DNA of 64,000 nucleotides from Psilocybe cubensis (Eukaryota): NCBI GenBank assembly GCA_017499595.2, contig CM039007.1, positions 1,116,001 to 1,180,000 of the forward strand, read 5' to 3'. Shown piece by piece: positions 55,001 to 64,000 of this stretch (position 1 is its first letter; each line of letters starts with the position of its first letter). The notes under the pieces were generated by a model. It saw only the letters and a program-made list of their open reading frames with translations, ran no database searches and was not told where the DNA came from. The position numbers and the translations under genes were made by a program.

Positions 55001-56129
55001 GACTTTATGTAATTTAGTAGAGGATGGAGAGAATGTAGTAAAGCACAGACTGTGGGCCACAGAGTCTGAGTGTTGATGAAGGGCGAGTTTAGTTAACCTT
55101 GCCTCCAGAGCACTGGCAATTTATAGACTAGTAGTCACTACACTACAATGCCACCAAAGAGATTTGAACATACGCGTGATATATACTCATTGAGGTGTCA
55201 CTGCGAGCCATTTCTGGCCTCTTTTTTGAGGGCCAAAGCGTAACCTCGTCTGGATTGGCCCTTTTCCAAAAAAAGAAGTGCCTGTACCATATGCCCTTAT
55301 GGAAGTGAAATTCGATGAGCCGACTACTCAATCCGCATTGTTGCAGGATAAAAAAAAGATTCAAACCCAATAGGTCACTGAGCCTCGATTATTGGACCTA
55401 GTATTTTAATGATATAAAACATCATTATCAAAGGGTTTGATGGCGAAAACTCAGGCTCTATATTTAGGTGTGATATTTCATCGGCCTTGGGCTGGCAATT
55501 GGAAGAATTTTCGTTGCGCTTTGATAAATGACAATGCGGAGAAGTTGTTATGCATTAAAATGATGCATGACCTAAGGCATCAAGAATTATAACAGGCAAT
55601 ATATATTCTTTTCACTTGATATTACTTACCATTGAGCACGCCCTACAATGGAATCCAGCACACCAGCCGTCAAAATTCTGCTTTCTGACAGTCATCAGAT
55701 AGACAAATTATTATTTTCGATATAGTGGGGATTGTATAACATGATGTAATTTGTGAATTCCGAGAAGTTGCAGTTATGATGGCGTGTCTTGACGGTTTCA
55801 TGTACGGAAGGTTATTGCCTTCGACGAGTCCAGGGGCTTTAATGGGCGGTCGCGCACGTCACATGGTTGCGTCGCGTTACCCCTATGTGGGCAGTCCGAG
55901 AATTTGAATCCCAGTGGACGGAGGGAGATTAAGTAAACGATTGGCAAGGGATGGCAAAGTACGCATGGTTTAATTGAATAATCTTTTTTCATGTTCATTT
56001 GGCGATAGAGACCGTCCTTCTCAATGGAAGGAGTGTTCAAATATCCATTTCAATTAATAGTACAATCAAAACAGTGTACTACATAGGTTTACTACACGTC
56101 TATTGTACTCAACTACACATTTGATGCTC

Positions 56130-56282
56130 ATGCACGCTCGCCAGTGTCGTGATGCGCTGCCGCAGGAAGACAACAAGACGAAAATGATGAGAAAGGAGGA
56201 GATGGAGGGGGCGCAAAGGGAGTTTATTGAGGATGCCATGGGCATTGATCTGCCGGATGGATTGCCTGACTTGGACCTGTGA
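56130..56282 (+). pseudogene. Orphan 3' end of the ABC1 kinase gene
   Basis: Translates MHARQCRDALPQEDNKTKMMRKEEMEGAQREFIEDAMGIDLPDGLPDLDL*, versus parent MHARLRRGALPQDDNKKKKMTKEEMEEALREFIVDAMGIDLPDELPDLDL*. Confidence 0.85.
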
Positions 56283-56505
56283 CTATGTCGAATACGTTTT
56301 CATCAATTGGGCGACTAACATTAGAACATTTTATGGTTTTACATGCAATACTGTAACATTATCTCCACTCTTTGTAATACTTAAGTAGCACACTGTAGGA
56401 CAAATAAATTCCAAAAATCAAGTACTTAGATACAACATGAAGACATTGTCAACACGAAAAACAACAGAACCACGGGCCTCGTCGATAACTCTATCCGTCA
56501 CTACT

Positions 56506-59434
56506 TCACTTCTTCCTTGGTTGCTTGGCTTTGGTTCTGCCCTCGCTGGCTGCCTCCCTCGAGTCGATATGGTCTTCTTCGGATCGAGGACGCTTACGCT
56601 CCGGTTCGCCCACCGCAGATCCTTCTGCCACAGTACTGCTATAATTCTTCACCAATAAAGAAAGCTCGGACCAATGCAAGTCTCTACCGCTGCTGGCGCC
56701 TAGGTCCTGAGCTGCGGTCGCCTGCTTGTTGAATATTTTAAACAAAAAGAGGAATCTGTCGTGGATTTTGGCATACGATCCGACATCATTGTATGCGCCT
56801 TCGCGACCACGCTCGATGTAGTCCTGGTAAAGATCCTCCCTCAAAACGAAGAGTAAAGAGACAAAGGAAGAAATCGACTTCGGGGCATTAGCTATGATGG
56901 ATTCTCCGAATGAGGTTTTGGTGATGCAATGGATTCGAGCATTAGAAGGCTTGATCTCGTTTATGAAAATGGCTTTGCCAAAATTCTGCAGAAATGGTGT
57001 CGATTGCTCTGGGTCAAGGCGGCAGCATATGTTCCAGAAAAGAATCCACCATATTGATTCTAAATCATGTTGGAAATTATGGGCGACACCGGTCTCTGCA
57101 ATCGCAGGTGTTTCCTGAGCTTTCCTTTCCAGATTCGCACCTCTCTCCAAGTAGCGCGCTTCTTCAATGTCAAGTGGATTATGTGCAGGAAACGACGACG
57201 GTGTGCCATGTTCCCTTGCAGTTATTCTCTTATCGTGGTCGGAAGAAAAGAGGTAAGACGACATCATCACCTCTAGAGGCATGAAGTACGGCGTACCCTA
57301 AAAGGAAGGCTCAGCAGAGGATTATTTCGCAAGAAAATAACGCGCATACCGTCTTTGGATTTCCAGCACGCTTTGAGCCGTTTTGCAGAGGAAATTTCTT
57401 GGCATATTCAAGGTCAGATAGCTTCGCAAGCCATGGCCCCTTGCTCTCCAAATTTTTCTTGAAAGCAAGTATATTTCCAGAACTGATGTCCCTATGGACC
57501 CATCCCGCACAGAATAAAAGCTGGATGGCTAGAGAGAAAGAGGTCAGGCTTTGCAACTTGAATGAAGGGAGAACGATTCGCTCACGGGTGAGAATTTGTA
57601 ATAACACATTGACAACTTCTCCAAGGGTTGCGAGCCTGCCGGAAGTTTTACAAACCTCTTTGAACAGGACGCGATATTGCCTCTTTGGTGAATATTTGCG
57701 TGGGACTACTGGAGACTCTGGAAATTGGGACGCAATAGGATGTGTATCAACGGACGCTTGGTCGTTCAAGAATTGAGATTCTTCATTTTCGGTTCCGAAC
57801 CGAAGGATATGTGGTGGAAGTTCAGGCTCGACGAGTAGTCTTTGCGTTGCGATGCCTCCCTCTGCTGTCATTTTCGTTTCCCTTCCAATGTGGTCGAGGA
57901 CGATCTGAAGGAAGTACTTCTTATAGCTTCCATCGTCAACGATTTGCTTGTGAGCCTCTTTAATCATCTTGAGTTCCGTTGGTTCATCTGTGCTGTTCCA
58001 GAATCGTTCAATGTCGTCAAAAATGGCTTCTTGTATCTGCTTTTCGGTCTCCGCAGAGCTGTCGAGCCACACGTCTTTCAGCACGAGGGGATCGCCAAGC
58101 ACCTCACCGCTTTCGCTGACTTCGACCACTTTGTAGACACGCGCCATGCGCCCAGTGATGTTGTTCGAGCGATATAGCGATAAGGGCTCCAAAGTACGAA
58201 AGAGACGAAAGTCTTTGCTGCCTAATGATTCGGGAAGCTTGAACGTGTAATTCCCGTCTCCTTCGAGCGTCACCGTTGGATCGTAACCAAGCTCTTCCTC
58301 CGTTGCGAACGAAAACGCAATAAGGACTTGAATAAATAATTTAGGATTCTGTAGAAAATTCGTCAGAATAAGACTAAGAAGAATATTTTAAGCATAGGAA
58401 GAACTACAGACCTCTGTGAAGTCAAAGGTATGCGACGCGGCTGAATGTGATCGACCATGATACCACAGCGTGACATTACGCTGTTCGGCTGTGATCTACG
58501 TGGCAAATCGTTAACTCAGTTCGGTCCACAACAAGAAGGCCAGAAACCATACCCCAAAAGTAAACATACGACGGACGTCGTCGTTCATGATCTGAACATT
58601 CGCAGATACAGCTTGCAAAGCGTTCTATAGTGAACAAACATCAGGCGACCCGCGCAAAAGAAGAGATGTGAACTGAAAAATGGAATGGAACTCACTTGCC
58701 GTTTCTGTGACTCCGACAGCTTGTGCTCCATCACAACTGCTATGTCTGTTGTCTGAAGCGGCTTGTTCTTATCCCAGGCTGCGACAAATGCGGCATCGAT
58801 CTTGTTGTTGGACCCGCGATTGGGAGAATCTATCGACTTGTGTGGCACGCTTACGTAGCTGAATCTATTGCGTTTTCGCTGTCCAGGGTAGTCGATATTG
58901 CCAATGGCTTCAGCAATCTTTTCCCACCCTTTAAAGACAGCGATTTCGTTGTCAGTCAGCACTGCTATTTTTTTCTTGGGTGGGTACGCCCGAAAAGCAA
59001 AACTCGTCTCGTCGCCAGTTAAGACGGATGGTATCGGCTCTGTGTCACTGCGAAGTGAGTAAGGTCCTGCGCCACGTCCCGTTGGTATGTCCTCTAGGAG
59101 CTTCTTAATAAAGTATTGCGTCTCTTTCTCGTTAGGGACAAAATCGAGATAGGCTTTCATGAAGTTCTCGACAGAGCAGGTTATGAATTCGCAATCCATT
59201 TCTCTCGCAATCTGATTCCTAAGCTGTACGATGCCGATATCCTGTCCGAAGGACTTCTGGCTACGTGGAGTGTCGGGGAACCTGTAAATGTCGAATGTTA
59301 GTTCGTAGTAGACCCGTGACAAAGGCTGCAAAAATGTACGGGAGAGGTTTGGTAGTCCTTTGGGTATAACCTTTAGCTTTTATTTTCTGACTGATATGAT
59401 AAAGCACTCACTTGGTTTTGTTTTCGTTCGTCAT
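56506..59434 (-). CDS. FunK1/Pkinase_fungal kinase, copy A2, apparently intact
   Basis: Paralog of A1 with the same ATG and intron layout. HRDISSGN, SDLEYAK and HDLES are intact. Confidence 0.85.
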
Positions 59435-60152
59435 TGTGTGTAGGGGAAATGATGAATCACGAAGGATGCGCGTTGCATCTTAAGTATGTTTTGAGAGAGG
59501 CTTGGCGGTGCCCTTCGCGTCGCTGCAATCGGGTGCACGTGCTGTTCAATGATCTGGCCCATCATTTCTCACGGCCTACCCATTGTCTACCCAAACCAGC
59601 CAACTTTGGCCCACAAGGGCCCACATCCGTTGTTCAATCAAACTGGCACAAACTTCCATTAGAGTCTGCTCCTAATGGTCATATTTTTAGGCGTTTACCA
59701 TTGTACGTATGATGTTTAGAAGCCCATTGAACCGGACAATGGTACGTAAAGTTTCTTGCATGATAGTATTTAATTTTTGTCTTCAGTGGAACTTGGAAAG
59801 AATACTCAAGAGCTGGAGTCACGTAGCGTGAAAGGTCTTCCCTCGTTTCTTCTAAATTAATTGAGTGGCCGTATCCAATGGTGTTAGTACCCTGAGCAAA
59901 AATAGCAATGGAGGATTAATGATCTGCCGAATGGACTCACTGACTTGACCTGTGATCCAGAGTGAGGTTGGCAGACGTCAAAGCGCAACGCGTTGAATCA
60001 ACGGGTGACTGTCATTCAAGCATTTTATAATATACATATTTGCTAATTTTTGGTGTACCGATATCTATGCATATGTATTACTCCACTCACTTTAATACTT
60101 ACATGAATTATATCAAAGCAAGCCAGAACGCTAGAGCTACTATCTATCTCTG

Positions 60153-62837
60153 TTACTTCTTTCTAGATTGCTTGGCGCCGGTCCTACCTTCGCTCTCGAC
60201 CTCCCTCGCATCGACATGGTCTTCGTTGGATCGAGGACGCTTACGCTCCGGTTCTCCCACGGCTGATCCTTCTGCCCCAGAATTCCTAATACGTTCCTTG
60301 ACCAATAAAGGGATTTTGGACCAATGTGAATCCCCTTCATCGTCGTCAGGATTTTGAGGTTCAGAAGCCTCAGTAACTTCTTTATTGAGGAGTTTAAAGA
60401 TGTAGAAGAAGATGTTATGGATCTTAGAGTACGATCTGATATCATCATATGTTTCCCTTTTACCACGATCGACGTAGTGCTGGTAGAGATCATGCCTCAA
60501 CAGAAAGAGAGCACTGACAAGAGGGAAAAGCGATTCTGGTGCCTCGGCGACGATAGATTCTCCGATTGAGGGTTCGGTGATGCACCTCATTCTGGAATCA
60601 GTTGGCTTCATCTCATTCACGAAAATAGCCTTGCCAAAGTCCTGGAGGGACTGTGTCGAGTGCTCTGGGTGAAGACGGCAGCATATATTCCAGAGAAGAA
60701 TCCACCATATCGATTCTAAATCGTACTGAAAATTGTGAACGACTCCAGTGGCCTTTTTGGCAGTTGTAGACATCTGAAGCTTTTGTTTGAATTGGGCGAG
60801 CCTCTCCGCGTTTATACGTTTTTGTTCAGTTTTGATTGTATTTTTGGCAGGATCAAGGGGCGCTTCGATGATTGCATTGATGAATTCAGCAGAAAAGAGG
60901 TAAGACGACATCATAAGCTCCAGAGGCATAAAGTACGGTGTTCCCTACATACATATTCAGAAAACGGTTACGGTGTAAGACAAGAAGGTACATACGGTCT
61001 TTTGATCTGCTGCGGGGGCAGTACCTTTTGGCAAAGAAAATTTCTTGGCATATTCAAGGTCAGAAAGCTTCGCGAGCCACGGGCCCTTGCTCTCTAAAGT
61101 CTTCTTGAAGGCAAGAATATTTCCAGAACTGATGTCCCTATGCACCCATCCCGCGCAAAAACAAAAGCTGGAGCGCTAGATAGAATGCGTAAGGATTTGC
61201 AAATCAAAGGTGGGAAAAACAAATCGCTTACGGATGAGGGTTTGCGATAGCACATTGACCACTTCTCCAAGGGTTTCGAGCCGTCCAGAAGGTCTACAAA
61301 TCTCCTTGAAAAGGATGCGATATTGCCTCTTCTGCTCGCTTGGAATAGCTGGAAGTGCTGGTGGTTGGGAAACAATTCGCTGTGTGTTTACAAATGTCTG
61401 ATCATTCATAGACTGCGATCCTTGTGATGCGGTACCAGTTACCGGAGCATCCAGTGCGAGGTCTTGCTCAGCGTCGAAGAAACCTCTGACTTCGGTTCCT
61501 CTCTCTACTCGTACTTTAGTTTTCTGTCCGCTGTAGTCCAGGACAATCTGGAGAAAGTACTGCTTATAGCTGTCATCGCCAACAATATTTTTGTGAGATT
61601 CTTTGAAGCCTTTTAATTCCGGCGGGTCGTCTGGGCAGTCCCAAAATTGTTTGATATCGGTAAAAATGGCGTTCTGTATCTCTTTTTCCGTTTTCGCAGA
61701 GCTGTCGAGCCACACGTCTTTCAAAACGAGAGGATCTCCAAACGCTTCGCCGTTTTCTCTGACTTCAACGACTTTATAAACACGCGTCATTCGACCAGTG
61801 ATGCCGTTCGAATGATAGAGCGACAGGCCCTCCACGGTGCGAAAGAACCGAACCTTGTCGCTGCCCGGTAAACTTGGAATCTTGAATGTGTAGTTTCGGT
61901 CGGGTTTAAGCTTTACCATTGAATCGTAGCCAAGCTCTTCTTCCGTTGCAAACAAAAATGCAATAAGAACTTGTATGAATAATTTAGGATTCTGTGTGAA
62001 TTTTGTCAGAGAAATGTTCTAACAATGAGGAAAGCTACAGACCGTGGATAAGTTAAAGGGATACGATGCGGCTGAATGTGAACGATCATGATACCACAGC
62101 GTGACATTATGCCTTTCGGCTGTTATCTGTGTGGCATATCGTGGATGTCAGCTCGGTCAACAGCAAAATGTAGAGAAAGCGCACCCCGAAAGTGAACATA
62201 CGACGTACGTCTTCGTTCATAATCTGAACATTGGAAGAGACGACATGTAACGCGTTCTACAGTGAGTAAATATCAGAAGACACGTGCAAAAGAACAGACG
62301 TTAGCTGAGTTGTGAAATGGAACTCACTTGCCGAGTGTGCGACGCAGCAACTTTGTGCCCGACTACAACAGCTACGTCGGTCGTCTGAAGCGGCTTGTGC
62401 GTATCGCAGGCTGCAACAAATGCGGCATCGATTTTGTTGTTGTAGCCTCGGTTGGAGGAAGCTATCCTCTTGTTCGGCACGTTTGCGTAGCTGAATTTGT
62501 TGCGTTTTCGTTCCCCAGGATATTCAATATTTCCAATGGTCTGTGCAATCTTCTCCCATCCTCGAAAGACGGTGATTTTGCTGTTAGACTGCCGCCCCCG
62601 CTTTCTCTGGAGTGGGTAATCTCGAAAAGCGAAAGTTGTCTCGTTTCCCGTTAATACAGACAACACTGGCCGTGTAGTTACGTCGCTGGAATGAGAAGCA
62701 TTACCAGCCCCCGTTAAAGTGCCCTGTAAAAGTTGCTGGACAAAATATTGCGTTTCCTTGTCATTTGGGACAAAAGGCAGGTAGGTGTTCATGAAGCTCT
62801 CGACAGGGCATCTGATGAACTTGAACTCGCTATCCAT
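60153..62837 (-). pseudogene. FunK1/Pkinase_fungal kinase, copy B2, with a +1 frameshift (or a homopolymer sequencing error)
   Basis: A5 run at 61157-61161 where B1 has A4 (9440-9443), shifting the frame just before GWVHRD. Otherwise collinear with B1. Confidence 0.7.
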
Positions 62838-64000
62838 TTCCCTGACAATATGCTGCTGCCGACGCTGCACGATACCGATATGCTCAAGCTGTGCAGAATT
62901 TCTATAGCTTCGCAGGGCTTCGGGACTCTGTAAAACTGAGTATCAGTCAATGGTAGACCTAAAAAACACTGAAAATATGCACACGCGAGACTTGTTTTTC
63001 CTTGGTTTGGTCTATATTCGTACTAGTTGAGAAGATGGTAGATGATTAATCTTCAAGAACGCGCGGGATTCATCTTCAAGGTTTCAACAGAGGCTTGGCG
63101 GTGCCTTCCCTCGGCCCGGGGCTGTTGCATCAATTTCTCACGGCCCACCCCTTTTGAGTAATACTATACACTTAGACCGTGTACTCACTTGCCCACAAGC
63201 TACGTGTGTTGTACTCGTGTTCCATTGGCGTACAAAAAACTTATCAGAGACCTTTCAGTCAACAATTTCATGTGGTCTTGACCCCTCGTTTCCTTTGTCA
63301 AGACAACATTTGATTTTCATTAAGCTCCCCAAGGCAAATCTACCTCCTAAACGCGGCCAATACGAAAAGGCATGTAGTCTTTTTTCTCTTTTTGATCGGA
63401 CACGTAAGCTTTTAATGAATATTATTCTGAGGGAAGAGCCTTCTGAATAGCCCATGCTCTTTAGATATTCAATTTTAACAGTCACTTACGGTGACTGGGA
63501 CCATTCAGAAGTGGTCATGAGCGCTGCCCCAATCTGTTTATGTTAAACATTCATTATTACCTTTATATGTAGTCGACAGAGCATAAATTACATAGGCATG
63601 TCGTCTATTCCAATTTTATCTATCTATATATATTTACCAACAGGACCCCCTTCAGAGGCTTCTTGCCTTCTCCATTGTGCGAGACACCTGACATCTGATC
63701 AGTCAATTTTTTTCCGAAGTTGTTGCTTTCACAATGTTGAAAGGAAACCCGACGAACTGAGATAAAGACCTCATTGGGATATTATTGTGGCTGTTCTGCT
63801 TATCTCCAAGGCATAATTGTTGGGAAACTTGATGTAAACTGCGCATATATATGTACTAATCGTCCAGCAACATATGAAGAATAACAGATCAATTTTGTCT
63901 GTAGACGTAGATTGTGAGTCGTCTTCTGTCCATTCCCTCTTAGTGACTTTAGTCTGAGTGTTTTCTCCTAGCTCCTTGCATGCAAGCGTGGCAAGCGTGG

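Larger units (their letters stand above)
56506..63150. repeat. Direct segmental duplication of 4779-11402 (A+B kinase pair with spacer)
   Basis: Collinear at an offset of about 51.72 kb. The spacer 7713-8435 is nearly identical to 59435-60152. Confidence 0.92.

Overview
Intron-rich fungal DNA from a mushroom-forming basidiomycete, most likely Agaricales given the ESD-type Mn peroxidase. Recognisable genes: an ABC1/UbiB kinase (31.9-34.3 kb), mitochondrial ribosomal protein S19, a class II heme peroxidase with an atypical Glu/Ser/Asp Mn site, the PAK kinase CLA4, a GT61-like glycosyltransferase, a 7-TM membrane protein and two small secreted proteins. Five copies of a FunK1/Pkinase_fungal gene were spread by direct and inverted duplications, each carrying a piece of the ABC1 3' end; two copies are frameshifted. 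The most interesting region is a compact cluster at 16.9-23.0 kb. It holds three DUF3328/UstYa-like oxidase genes, two membrane-anchored accessory proteins and a peptidase relic. It also holds a two-exon gene, only partly captured by the ORF track, for a 49-aa secreted peptide (signal peptide, acidic spacer, RR, then LALCY). This looks like a basidiomycete dikaritin-type RiPP system with a single-core precursor. All gene models were spliced by eye and no database searches were run.
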